DNA of 64,000 nucleotides. It comes from Octopus sinensis (lineage: Eukaryota). The notes beneath the pieces were generated by a model. That model made no database searches, was not told the origin of the DNA, and worked only from the letters and a program-made list of their open reading frames with translations. The position numbers and the translations under genes are program-made. The stretch's first letter is position 1; every line of letters starts with the position of its first letter. The stretch is from NCBI RefSeq assembly GCF_006345805.1, contig NC_043000.1, positions 142,538,001-142,602,000 of the forward strand. The letters are read 5' to 3'. This document shows positions 37,284 through 50,497 of the stretch, in pieces.

Positions 37284-37971
37284 TATATATATATATATAT
37301 ATATAATATTATATATACACATACATATATATATATATATATATACATATATACATATGTATATGTATATATTTGTATATATGTATGTATGCATATATAT
37401 ATATGTGTGTGTATGTATATATGTATGTATGTGTACATGTGTGCATATATATGTGTGTGTGTGTGTTTCGTGTGTGATTGTCTGTGTGTTTGTGTACGAT
37501 ATATAAATGTATATAAATACATGCATAAAATATATACACATATAGTACACACACACATACACACACAAACACACACACATATATTTAGAGAGAGGGAAAC
37601 ACACACACACACAGACACACACATATACAGAAATTATCTGATGAGCGTGTGTATCTGTATACATACATGTATAATAATGATCACATGAATGTATGTTTAC
37701 TAATATATAGCTGCGACGTATAGATGCATGCAGTTATTGCTTAAATTCGTTTAACTATCACACTAGCTGTCATTTCTCGCCTAGCTATTTTCTCGTGCTA
37801 AAATATCATTTAATCTTCCTGCTTATGCAAAAGAAAGATTATAGATTTAGTTTTCTCGAAATTTCACATAAGCAAACGAATAGTTCTCAGTATCCTTTTC
37901 TCCCCCTCCTTGCCAATATCATATATTCTTTCACTATCTTTCTCTATTCTCTCTCTATCTCTCTATCTCTG

Positions 37972-38002
<31 letters not shown>

Positions 38003-38116
38003 CTTTCATTCTTTCTCTCTTATGTTCCCTTTCCCTCGAATACTGACTTCGAATTCAGTCATTCAACTCCGCTTCACGTATTATGAATTTCTCTACATGG
38101 TACTTTCTCTTTCTCT

Positions 38117-38154
<38 letters not shown>

Positions 38155-38560
38155 ATCTGCTCTTCTTTTGCTCCCTCTCTGCTCACTCTCTGTCTCTCTC
38201 TCTTTCTCTCTCTCTGTTATGATACAATACAGCCATATAGAGATAATTTTTTACTGTTTTTTTTTTCGAAAATGTTCAATGGCTATGATTTTATTATATA
38301 AGCGATTATATGTATGTACATGCATGTATATGCGCATATATATGTGTGTGTGTGTCTGTCTGGTTATCTATCTGTGTGAGTGTGTATTTGTGTGTCTGTG
38401 TAAGTGTGTGTATGCGTATGTGTGGGTATACATATTTGTGTATATGTATGTATGTTCACACATATATATATGCATATGTGTAGAAAAATATATACATACA
38501 TACACACATAAATGTATATAAATATATATATTTATATATATATGTATATATATTTATATA

Positions 38561-38605
<45 letters not shown>

Positions 38606-38640
38606 TATATATATATATTATATATATGTATATATATATA

Positions 38641-38672
<32 letters not shown>

Positions 38673-39307
38673 TATACATAGACATAAACACACTCACGCA
38701 CATATTCATGCATACGTGTATATATTTGTGTGTTGTATGCATGTATGCATTGAGAAAAACAAGCACACACACATACATATAATCACGCACAAACACATAC
38801 ACGCACTTACACACATACATACGCAAAGCCTTCTCTCATTTGAAAGAATATCAAACAGCATAATGTATTTTTCAATTCTGCTTAATATGACACCATGAAA
38901 GCTGAAAATGACAATTTCCATGGTATCTTTGCTGCGTTTCATTTCAAGAAAAATTCTAATGTTTGCCTTTTGCTAAATACTCATGATGTAAGAGCTTTTG
39001 CCCCTGAAATGAACGAATAAAAATATTCTATTGTTTGTTTAGGATGTTCTTGTATCTTATTTTATCCTTTTCAACCACACCATTGAATATGTCATAAATA
39101 TCTTTCACATATAAAACGAGTATATATATCTATATGGATGTCTGTCTGTATGAGCCACAATCTGTGCGTATGCATTTGTGTGAGTGTCTGTAAGTGTGTA
39201 TACATGCACATAGATATACGCACACATACATGTATGCATATATGCACATATGTGTATATGCATGCTTATTTGTAAACATATGTATTATATATATATATAT
39301 TTATATA

Positions 39308-39366
<59 letters not shown>

Positions 39367-39889
39367 TGTATGTACATGTATATACATATATATGTATGTG
39401 CGTATACGTAGACATATCCATATAATATTTATTTATATACTCATACACACAAATACTATATACCCATTTTACTATTTAGACACATACACATTTACACACA
39501 TAAAAAGTAAGCAGTAGCCCTATATACATTAACCTACATACAGACGTTCATTTTCCTTAGCACAGCATATAATTAAATTTACGCGTACACAATTTACATA
39601 CTGTCTGAAAGCGAAACTTTACCACACACAAACACACACACCTAAGCATACACACATTCACATATACCTGTGCATGTGTGTGAGTGTTTCAGTGTGTGTG
39701 TGTGTGTATTTTACAAATACAATCACTCCCGTATAGACATGCATATATGCTAACATGCTACACCGTAAAAGAAGAAAGACTATCGTACATCACTACCTGA
39801 AACACACAGGCATATTTTTGCAGAACAGATCCTCATTCAGTTTTATATCACAGCACATAGACTCAGACACATAACATATAATACTAACT

Positions 39890-39965
<76 letters not shown>

Positions 39966-40060
39966 TATATATAATTATATATATATATTTATATATATGC
40001 ATATTTTATATATATATATGTATATATGTACGTATGTATGTATATAAATATTATATATAT
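37245..40060. repeat. Microsatellite-dense block (TA, TG, CA, CT)
   Basis: Multiple tracts, e.g. 37245-37400, 38510-38680, 39285-39365, 39892-39960. Confidence 0.85.
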
Positions 40061-41400
40061 ATAGTTTCATATTTTATGTTGTATGTAATTACATTCATCC
40101 ACACAAGTATGCATCCACTTATGAATACTATTCTACGGAAGTTTCTCCCAAATTCATAAGCATAACATCATTTTACACTAGCATTCCATAGCAGTGATTT
40201 ATGAAAAAAAAAATTCATTCAGTAGCTACGATGCAGAAAATGTTACCATTATTACTCCATTTCTCTAAGTATCCAAAAAATAAACAAGAAAAATGTTGGG
40301 AAGATGAAAAGATGTATGTGGAGAAATAGGTTTTCTAGCAGTTATTTAATGTTATAAGCAGCGTAACCATAAGGAATATCTAAAAAATATCCCTTATGAA
40401 AAAAAAAAATCCACGTTTTGAATAGAACTACCACACAGCGTGGATATGATTTTTTTTTTAGAGGTTTTATTTGACATTTTAATTCACTATACCATAATTC
40501 CAGTTGAATATCGTTAGCAAACAATATTGACATTTCTTTTCAAATCTTTACTCTTTACATTTTGAGTTCAAATCCCGCCGAGATCGGCTTTGATGCTAAA
40601 TACTCCAGAGAGTTAATAAGATAAAATAGCAGCTAAATATGAAATTCTGTTTCATCGATAATACACTACTGCAAAAATGTTTCATACTTTACCAATGATA
40701 GAAATGAACATTTTCGATAATTTACTAGTGAGCGTAAGAATCTCTAGAATTGTAACTTGTGACTTGTTAAATATCAGTTTGGATTACAAACCTTGAGTGA
40801 GTATCCTTTAGCTATATGACTGTGATATAAATACAAGATACTATTTCACATATGTAATTATGCCACATTAGGTACGATATAATATCAGTACAACAGAAAG
40901 TCCATTACTCTGTCGTTATGAGATTTCATCACGTGGAATATGTAACAATCTGTCACTCATATTATGGAATATTAAAACTGAATTAATCATCTCTATTACC
41001 ACATTAATCTTCGATCACCTAAATTCATGTCACATTATGTTGGAATACAGCCGTGTTGTTAATCAACAACTAACAATTAATAGTAAGCTTTGAAACCTGG
41101 ACACATTAGTTCATGTAGTTATGAGAGCGAAAAGAGGAAGTGGGCGATCAGCTTGTCTCTTATCAAATGTCTGCTCACTCGTACTCAAACTGGGGTTAAA
41201 CAAAAGAAAATATTTATATTTTACATTATATATATTACGTTAATATATGTCTATGCAATGTAAAGTAACGACATAGCAGAAAACTATAAAATTATGAATG
41301 TATTTTACGTGTAGACGGAAACATACCGAACGTTTCAGGTCATGAATAGATCAACAAACAATGTCCATTGTTTTGAAATTCCTACATACACACACGCACG

Positions 41401-41439
<39 letters not shown>

Positions 41440-41550
41440 GCGCGCGCACAACACGTGCAGACACAAATATATGTATATTAATAATCTAGAGTACTAACAA
41501 GCAGTACTGTTGTTGTACTTCTTTCCTTCCATACTCTCTTGACTTTATAT

Positions 41551-41617
41551 ACAAAAACTTATGTAATACAGAAACTTATGTAATAAAAAACTTATGTAAT
41601 ACAAAAACTTATGTAAT
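41551..41617 (+). repeat. 17-bp minisatellite x4 (ACAAAAACTTATGTAAT)
   Basis: Units at 41551, 41568, 41585 (16 bp) and 41601. Confidence 0.95.
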
Positions 41618-41846
41618 CAAGCGTAGCACACTTTCGAAATGGTATATAGCAGTCAAAAACCTTCAAGATCGAGGCATAAAAAACATACCTTAATATTACA
41701 ACATTACAAGCGTTATAAGGGCTCACTAGCTATTACCAAACATACATGAGCTACGAGAACCCCTAAACAACCTATTGAAAAAATGACAAATATTATTGGT
41801 CAGAGAGGTGTAAAAAAGCGTTTGAAAAAACTGAAAAATTTTAACA

Positions 41847-42392
41847 TTGGATTTGTCATTATCGCACTTTGATCCAAATTTAAAGATTGTAGTAGCATCA
41901 GATACTCGCGAAACTGTTATAGGAGCGGTAATTTTACATAGGTATGGAAATGGTAGTTTAAAACCAATCGCTCATGATTCACGTTCATTGTTGGCGGCTG
42001 AAAAGAATTGCAGCCAAATTGAGAAGGTGGCACTAGCTATTATTTTTGCGGTAAAAAAATTTCACGAATTCATACATGGAAGAAAAATTCAATCTGAAAA
42101 CACGTCACCGCTCACTGTTGTCAATTTATGGATTGAAGAAGGGTTTCCTCATACATACAGACAAGCGATTGCAGCGCTGGGGACGATCGGGCTAAATTAC
42201 GATTTTAAGATGGAATTTCTACCATCGAAAAAATTAGGACATGCTTATGCACTGTCAAGATTAATTCCTAAATACAATGAACCGTTAGTGGATACGGTTA
42301 TAGCAGCATTGAAAGCCGAAATCAAAATAAAAAAATATACTCTGCAACGAGGTACACGAACTACTTGTCACTTTAGACGAAATAAAAATTAA
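41847..42392 (+). pseudogene. Gypsy RNase H region
   Basis: Track ORF 41847..42392 carries the RNase H motifs; frameshifted after RKI. Confidence 0.85.
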
Positions 42393-43650
42393 AGCAGAGA
42401 AGCATGCGTTCATATTATAAATGAAAAAATAGCGAAGTTTGAAACAAATACAAAAACTCGTGTAACCGAGCGTAACACAGTTTCGAAATGGTATTCGATA
42501 TGTGACGACGTACTTGTGTACGCTCTTTGCAAAACCGCATGTTAAAAGTATTTAACAGGAATTGCGAGAATGAAAGCATTGATGACAAGCTATGTTTACT
42601 GGATCAGAATATTGAAAAATTGGTGAAATCCTGCAGGGGTTGTGCTCTGGCAGCAAAGGCACTACCTGTAAGAATTCAAACTTGGCCCAACACTGAAGTA
42701 CCTTAGTCAAGTTTATGCATAATCTTCGCAGGACCATTAAATGGAGTGTGTTATCTAATAGTCATGGATGGTTACACGAAATTTCCGGAAATATGTAAAT
42801 GTGGGAAGTCAACCCCCAAAGTAACGATAGAATTTCTAGACGATTTTTTTGCACGATATGGCGTCCCAGACACTATAGTGTCCGATACCAGAACTCAGTT
42901 CACGTCAAGGGAATTTTAAAACTTTTGCAAAATGCATGCAATGGAGTATATTAATACTCCGCCATACCATCCGAGATCGAATGGACTAGCGGAATGTTTC
43001 GTAAATACGTGTTAGAGGGCACTGAAAGAAATCGAAAAATGAACTGCGAGCTGATACTGCATTGACGCAGTTCTTAGTTGTCTACCGAAAAACACCTAAC
43101 CCCAACACCACATCAGGAATGTTGCCAGCTGAACTAATGTTCACCAGAGAAGACAGATCGGTGTTTGACAAATTACTACTGGGAATAAATTAAAAATAGA
43201 GAGAAACACCGAAAATAAGATGAAAATCTTCAAAATAGACGACAAGTTTTTTTTATTTTTTAACTATATATAAACAGAAAGGGAAATTGGGAAGACGGTA
43301 TAATAAGTAAACGTTTAAGTAAAATAACGTACATGGTAAAAGGTCATACGTAGTAACACAAAGGACATTTAAATCAACTGAAAAAATGGTTTACAAAATA
43401 AAGATTAAGACATGAAGAGCCAATGGAATTTCTATATGACATTTTTGACGTTCCGATACCCGAAGGAATAATCGAACCAAGTCCAGCAATCAGGAAAAGA
43501 AAGCAAACAGAACTTTTGCAAGTAGACCCAAAGCAAAAACAATATTCCAATTTCTTTCAGGGGAGTTGAAAAAATAGGTGAAGGAAGGGGCAGTAAAGAT
43601 AATAGATAAAAGAAAAATACTGACCTCCAACGAAACTCAAAAGGGGGAGA

Positions 43651-43862
43651 TGTGGTGAATTCCGGACACCCATATGAGCTAGCAAGTTAGTGGATCCAGT
43701 GTGGTGTGGGCAGGTGCTTTGGGAAGACAGGTGTAGAAGTCGTTGAGAAGAGGTATTGTTTGTTACATGTTGTTTCTGATTTATATTCGTGTACTTATAA
43801 CTGTTTTTATGATTCCCCGTTATAAAGTGGCATACAGAGTGAGTTCAAAGAAGGGCATAACA
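43651..43862 (+). repeat. Probable 3' LTR (TGT...ACA)
   Basis: Starts immediately after the PPT. The right end at GGCATAACA is tentative and there is no 5' LTR in the window to confirm it. Confidence 0.5.
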
Positions 43863-44154
43863 GTGTCGACGAGGCAAAACACAAGTATACATGCCAAAAA
43901 TATACAAAGAATAGAGAAAAGAATACGAAAAATAAAATATACATAACAAAATAATAAATAAAATAAAATTATATATATTCGTTTTGTAAGATTCTTGATG
44001 TGAATTCGTGTGTTGAAACAGATATATTTGTATTTGGAGACGGTCATGTTGCCAATTTAGCCAATAAAAACACATGCACTATATATTTGGTGTTCACATG
44101 CTTCAGCTTTATTTTATATAATATGCATATATAGAGAATACAATGCTATGTGTG

Positions 44155-44232
44155 AAGAAGAAGAAGAAGAAGAAGAAGAAGAGAAGAAGAAGAAGAAGAA
44201 AGAAGAAGAAGAAGAAGAAGAAGAAGAAGAGC
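44155..44232. repeat. (GAA)n microsatellite
   Basis: Direct inspection. Confidence 0.95.
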
Positions 44233-44354
44233 CACAACAACGAAAAGAAGGAAGAAAGAAGGCGAAGAAGGGTAAGGAGAAAGGGAGTAAAAAGTAAATT
44301 AAATCAATGAAAAATAAATAAATAAATAAGATAAAAATTAAAAAAAGATTAATA

Positions 44355-44519
44355 GGCGCAGGAGTGGCTGTGTGGTAAGTAGCTTGCTAACCAACCACAT
44401 GGTTGCGGGTTCAGGCCCACTGCGTGGCATCTTGGGCAACTGTCTTCTGCTATAGCCCCGGGCCGACCAATGCCTTGTGAGTGGATTTGGTAGACGGAAA
44501 CTGAAAGAAGCCTGTCGTA

Positions 44520-44616
<97 letters not shown>

Positions 44617-44814
44617 TGTGTCTGTGTTTGTCCCCCTAGCATTGCTTGAGAACCGATGCTGGTGTGTTTACGTTCCCGTCACTTAGCGGTTCGGCAAAAG
44701 AGACCGATAGAATAAGTACTGGGCTTACAAAGAATAAGCTCAACTAAAGGCGGTGCTCCAGCATGGCCGCAGTCAAATGACTGAAACAAGTAAAAGTGTA
44801 AAGAGTAGAGAGTA
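44355..44814 (+). mobile_element. SINE-A full length
   Basis: Matches the other copies; small deletion in the 3' half. Confidence 0.92.
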
Positions 44815-45115
44815 ATTGAGAACAGTTGGGGAAGATTTAAGTCTATCAGGAAATACCAAATGGAAGATTTAGGGATGGTCAGTATTGTGTTCTTGTCGAA
44901 AGTTGACCTGTGTGGTGAGGTCACATATTCAGTTCTCACTGGGGGGATGGTGTATATATACATACACACACACACATGCATATATGCATATATGAACACA
45001 CAGATATACACACACATACTAATAAACTTAAGTCTCATGACTTTTATACCTTTCGATGTACCCACACCTATATGCATACATACATACATGTACATGCACG
45101 TACCCATATACATAC

Positions 45116-47090
45116 ATTTCTTTTATTGGCCACACAGGGCCCAACACAGAGGGGACATTACAATGATATATAAGCGAACGTACACAATGTGGTTACAACG
45201 AAAATGACAAATACAATGAAAGTGGATGGCAATTTAAAAATTTTACAGAAATCGATAAAAATAAAATTCCTATTTTATATGAACATCACCGGGTTAATAG
45301 CCATATGTCATTAGATGTCTATACTTAGCCATCTCTATTAACTCGCAACTTTTTACGACTGACGTTCATCTTTTATGAAAAGTAATATGCTACAGATATC
45401 TCTTCTCCAGGCGGAGTTTCCGTTGGTGGTGGTAGTTAACTAGCTCCCGGCAGGAGATGAAGGTACGTGTTGCGATCAGACGTGTTTTCCATACTGTCTC
45501 TTTCAGCATGGCCGCTCTGTAGACAAAACTATTCCTCCTCCCCCTATTCAGGGAGGAGGGTGGCACAATCTTAACAATAAATTCGGCTGATAGTTGTTCT
45601 CTTTCTGTCGTTGGTAACAGCTGTTCGATATATGTTATCAATTCCCTAATTTCCGTACGCCGGTACTGCCCATCAGGAAGAGTAGCTTGAGTGCCTATCG
45701 GCATTCTAGCTGCCAATCACTCAGTCTCGAACTCCGCTTGACCCAAGGACTTAACTCCTGAAGGGAGGTCATTGTAGTAAGCAAAACTTCATGTGCTGTG
45801 ACCACACCTGCCCACCATCCATGCAGAGCCAGGGGTGCATAAACTTTAGCACAAACTTGAGCATCTTCATCCACGACATGCTTAGCTTTTGGAAGCAGAT
45901 AGAGCGCCTTACAAGTGGTCCCCCTCTCCACAAAAAGCGGAAGAGACACTCCAACTTGCTCAGCCATAAATCGGGGTAATGCATAACAGTCAGGCGATAG
46001 GCGATAACAGATGCTATGTACATCTGCGTCAGGTATAAATGTACCAGTGCCCGCACAGTTGCCAGAAATTTTACCCACTCGCTCTGAGGTGTAGCGTATG
46101 ATGTGGAGTTTGTCATTTTCTAGGCGTCGGTAGAAATCAGTCCTTTAATTTTTAAAGATTCGACGCATAAATGCCAACCAAACTGAAGGCCTTATCTCTG
46201 TACTTCAAGTCGAGAACGACCAGCCCACCTTCGGGGTCTACAAAGATTGTACTTTTCTGCAAGACAACTACTTCTCCTCAGCCTCCGATTTGGCTAGGTG
46301 ATATAATTTACTCATAGCTCTTCAGGAGAGCCGAGAAGGCTTGTAGTCTGTCCAGTTTGGTCTTTGTAGCAACTATCACATCTATGCTATGTGACCTTAG
46401 GTCGCTGCAGAAATGATATTGTTTCTACTTCGAACACAGGCCACGCACATTTAAACAAGCCAAGTTAAGAATAGACATCCAGACGCAGAAATGGGGTCAA
46501 GAACTTACCTGTTTTTAACAGGCGAAGGAGGGATCGCTCTTCCTTGCTTTTGTCTCTTTCCTCCTCAGTTTCCGGCATAGGGTTTATTAATTTGGGCATC
46601 TCACTTAAACTGTGGATGCCCTCCGGTCTTCTATTTTTAAGTTGACTGAATAGTTTCTTTTCTATACGTACGTAATTTCCCTCTTTGAACGGTTTTGTTA
46701 AGTGATGTTTGCTTACTATTCGTGTATGTAACTGTCTTTTGCATTATACTTGATAAACACTGTTCTGTCTGTGGGGGCCGTCTGGGTAATGAGGCGGGGT
46801 TTAAAGTTATTTTGGTGCGTGATGATGCGTTTATTTGTTGGGGTTATATGTCAGGAGGGAGTTGGGGACGCAATATATCTCTTCCCTCGTTTCCGGGAAA
46901 TGACTTGAAATTTCACCTCCTATTCGACGATCTCCATGTCGCCGCTAAGAGGGAGAATTGATTCTGCATTCCTTAACACTGCATTCGATTCTTCCTGTTT
47001 CTTTGTTGATTTTTCTTAATCCTTCGCTGGATTCTTTCCTTTGTTTTTACTTTTCTTCTCTTCTTTTTTCCTCTCCATTTGTCGTCGAGT
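45116..47090 (-). mobile_element. L1/Tx1-like LINE, 5'-truncated and internally deleted (ORF1 tail, APE start, ORF2 C-terminus, 3' UTR)
   Basis: ATG at 46478: MSILNLACLNVRGL...DLRSHSIDVIVAT...DPEGGLVVLD...GIYA. Jumps near 46030-46115 to YIASVIAYRL...FRFLWRGG, then KETVWKTR. AATAAAAGAAAT terminus. Confidence 0.8.
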
Positions 47091-47286
47091 TACGGCTCTG
47101 TGTCAGAAAGGTCACATTCTGACACGTATGCACACATGTACACACACTCGCATACATACAAACACAAACACATATGCATGTGCATACATACATATACACA
47201 CATACATATATATACACGTGCACACAAACACATATATATATATAAATACATACACACACATATATATATATGCATGCATATATATG

Positions 47287-47337
<51 letters not shown>

Positions 47338-47490
47338 AGAATTCACAAAAAAAAACAAAAGACGAAGACATGTGATGTAGACAACAAACAGATGTATTAG
47401 TTTAACGCTCGGGAAGTGAAAAGGTCTTTAACGTTTCGAACCTACGCTCTTCCACAGAATGAAACAAAGAGAGAAAATAAAGAATGTGTA
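47338..47490 (-). mobile_element. Penelope pLTR-like repeat carrying a variant hammerhead-like motif
   Basis: Minus 47424-47457: CUGUGGA-AGAGC(GUAG)GUUC-GAAACGUU; abuts (TA)n. Confidence 0.45.
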
Positions 47491-47529
47491 GTGACTAGTT
47501 GTGTCTTTATGTGTGTGTAGTCGGGTCCG

Positions 47530-47640
47530 TGATTGCCTCCCACGACACTTGACAACTCCTGGCGTCAATTCATTTTCCTGAAATCATTCAAAGGGGTTCT
47601 GTAGCATGCTGCAGTCAAATGACAGTAGCAAGTAAAAGAA
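47530..47640 (+). mobile_element. SINE-A 3' half remnant
   Basis: TTGACAAC...AGCATG..GCAGTCAAATGAC...CAAGTAAAAGA. Confidence 0.6.
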
Positions 47641-47661
47641 TTGTAAATGATAATGATAAAA

Positions 47662-47954
47662 AAACGTCACCTTTTTCAAGCTTAGCCAGGCTAATGAGCC
47701 CGGTTTCCCGGTTTCTGTGGCGTATGTGTGTGTCCCCAGCTGGACGGGACGCCAGTCCATCGAAGCGTTGCTCAAGAAACAGGAAGAGAGAGCCAAAGAA
47801 AGTTGGGGCGAAAGAGTACAACAGAGGTCACCACCACCTCTGCCGGAACCTCGTAGAGCTTTTAACTTTTTTCGTTCAATAAACACACACAGCGCCCGGT
47901 CTGGGAATCGAAACCGCGAGTCCGCTGCCCTAACCCCTGGACCATTGTGCCTCC
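47662..47954 (-). mobile_element. SINE-C with alternative tail (C2)
   Basis: Same head and ~180-bp body as C1 but a different 3' part; TSD AAATG(A/T)TAATGATAAAA, 17 bp. Confidence 0.85.
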
Positions 47955-48503
47955 AAATGTTAATGATAAAACAAATAAGACGGTAACGATAAAATATAAT
48001 GGTGAATTTGCAATACATTAAATTCTCTCCCTTGGTCTTAAGGGGTTGCACTTTTTCCTCCCCTAACAATGCTTACATTCTAATGGATTGGGTCTTTTTG
48101 ACGCAGGCCCTCGCTTATTTACTGATTCAGGAATAATTTTTTCGTTTGATTTTCCTTTCCTAAAGGAAATCACTGCTACTCGATTATCAACAGCTAATGG
48201 TAAAATAACAAATTTTATAAACACACACAAATACATATTATATGTGTGTGTGTATGCGTGCGTCTGTGTGCCTATGCATGTATATATATACGTGTGCATT
48301 ATATATCTATATATTCGCGCGCAAACATATATACCGAATATGTGCATTTAAATGTGTCACAGGAGGACAAAGAAGTAATATAGAGAAAACAGGAAAAAAC
48401 ACTCACTGAACGTGCACACTCTCATCCTTCATTAGTTAATTAGTTATCGAAGAAGCATCATCACACTTTCGGCGCCTTATCGATTATATATATAGGTATA
48501 GGC

Positions 48504-48622
<119 letters not shown>

Positions 48623-49738
48623 TATGTATATATATATATTTTATACATATTATTTATTTATTTATAGATACATATATACATACGTATTCGTGTGTCTATA
48701 CATACATTCACACATACACATACATACATGCACATATTGTTTAAGCCAATGGAGTATAGAACGATGGTTTTCTTACAACAATGTTCGAGTTGTCTTCTTA
48801 AAGAGCCTTTCGCACATTAGAAATGCATGGACATTAAGCTTACCATTTTCCTTCATCGCATTTTAGATAGAGGCGTGCTAGCAGGTCAGCAACAACAACA
48901 AACCAAAAAACAATCGCTAAGAAAAGCATTAAAAACAAAATAAATAGAAAATACTTTTGAGATTCAGCCATTTTTACTACTTAAACGCAACACTGTGTAA
49001 AAGTATAAATATTTAAAAATATAAAAGTATAAAACTATAAGAAAATTATGGATAATGTATTTTTGTTAATTATCGGAACATTCTGTTCTGCTTCAAAGAG
49101 AACTATGTAACAATCTGATAAAGTTTTGTCCACATGATATAATATATATCTGTATGTTTGTACTTTGTATGTGTATATGTGTTTGTATGTACTTTCGTGA
49201 GTATATGTCTGTGTAAGCGCGTCCGCGTATATTCATATATACATATACATGCGTATAGATATATAACTATTTATATGGGTATATATATGAAACAATACAT
49301 GACAAACGAGTAGGTCATGGCTATAGAAATGTTTATCATTAAACTTTGTCGTGAAAATACAGAAATAGTCTTTGTTTAAGCAGAGATCGAACAAATGATT
49401 TGATGAACATACTTTCCTCAAAACCATTACCTGTATAGCCAAGTAAATTTTCTTTGGCAGTACATTACACTAACTGACAAAAAATATTACTCGCTAGGTC
49501 AACCTGAAAATTCTTTCTTTACAGTGCCTCTCCACCCATTAGAGATCATTATCCATAGGAATCTTGAACCATTAGAATTTTATGAGGCCAGTATCTTAAA
49601 TAAAACGAGCTGTTTGAACTCTTCAATAATGGTAAATATTTGAGCTATTCACGTATAGAATGAACCGATGCAAAGTAAATATTCTGTAGCTCATACGTTA
49701 TAACATCATATCACATATGTCAAATTATATTTCATCTA

Positions 49739-50140
49739 TGATGAATAGGATAATTGTCCCTCGTAAGCGAATAGAGCATTTTAGCTTTACGTCTGTTTCG
49801 CTATGTCTGTTAGGTGCGAATGACACAGTAGCGTGTGGATACCAGCTATAAGCCCATTTTTGTATCTCCCAAAATTGATTCCGCAGAACATCGAAACTGT
49901 TATACCTGCAGAGTCAGAGAGCTACGCCACCACATGTCTGATGAATAGGATAATTGTCCCTCGCAAGCGAATAGAGCAGTTTAGCTTTACGTCTGTTTCG
50001 CTATTTCTGTTGGGTGCGAATGACACAGTAGCGTGTGGATATCAGCTATAGGCCCATTTTTGTATCTCCCAAAATTGATTCCGCAGAACATCGAAACTGT
50101 TATACTTGCAGAGTCAGAGAGCTACGCCACCACAAGTCTG
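49739..50140. repeat. Tandem duplication, 200-bp unit x2, 8 substitutions
   Basis: TGATGAATAGGATAATTGTCCC at 49739 and 49939; no indels. Confidence 0.97.
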
Positions 50141-50465
50141 CTCAGTAGTTAAGAACGCGTAGACTTCAAATGATGTTTCCTGTTCAAAGTCTTTATGTAC
50201 GATCTGGTTTTGGAAACTAGATACGTAGATACGACCTTATGATAATGAGAACAATGACGTAAGCGCTAGTCTATGTGTCTTGGTCATTAAATTTGAGTGT
50301 GTGTATGTCTGTATGCTTATATTTGTATATGGACATAGATACATACACAGCCACTTGTACATATGCATATATAGTTTTGTGTATATCAATATATTTACAT
50401 ATATGTATGCGTGTGTGTATGTTTGTGTGAGTGTGTGTGTGTATGTGTGTGTGTGTGTGTGTGTG

Positions 50466-50497
<32 letters not shown>

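Larger units (their letters stand above)
41650..43862 (+). mobile_element. Ty3/gypsy LTR retrotransposon 3' half (RT end, RNase H, integrase, PPT, probable 3' LTR), decayed
   Basis: LSHFDPNLKIVVASD...KPIAHDSRSLLAAEKNCSQIEKVALAIIFAVKKFH; FARYGVPDTIVSD; PPYHPRSNGLAE; PPT AAAAGGGGGAGA then TG at 43651. Confidence 0.9.

Noticed and set aside
41551-41617. CRISPR-like reading of the short direct repeats
   Set aside because: The units are contiguous with no spacers, and the context is eukaryotic with no cas genes.
49833-50051. 72-aa ORF and a retrozyme interpretation of the 200-bp repeat
   Set aside because: The ORF has no motif. CTGATGA and CGAAAC are present, but stem II cannot form on either strand.
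50136-50192. CTCAGTAGTT...GACTTCAAA resembling a tRNA-Sec anticodon arm
   Set aside because: The anticodon stem does not pair and there is no acceptor stem; more likely a decayed SINE head.
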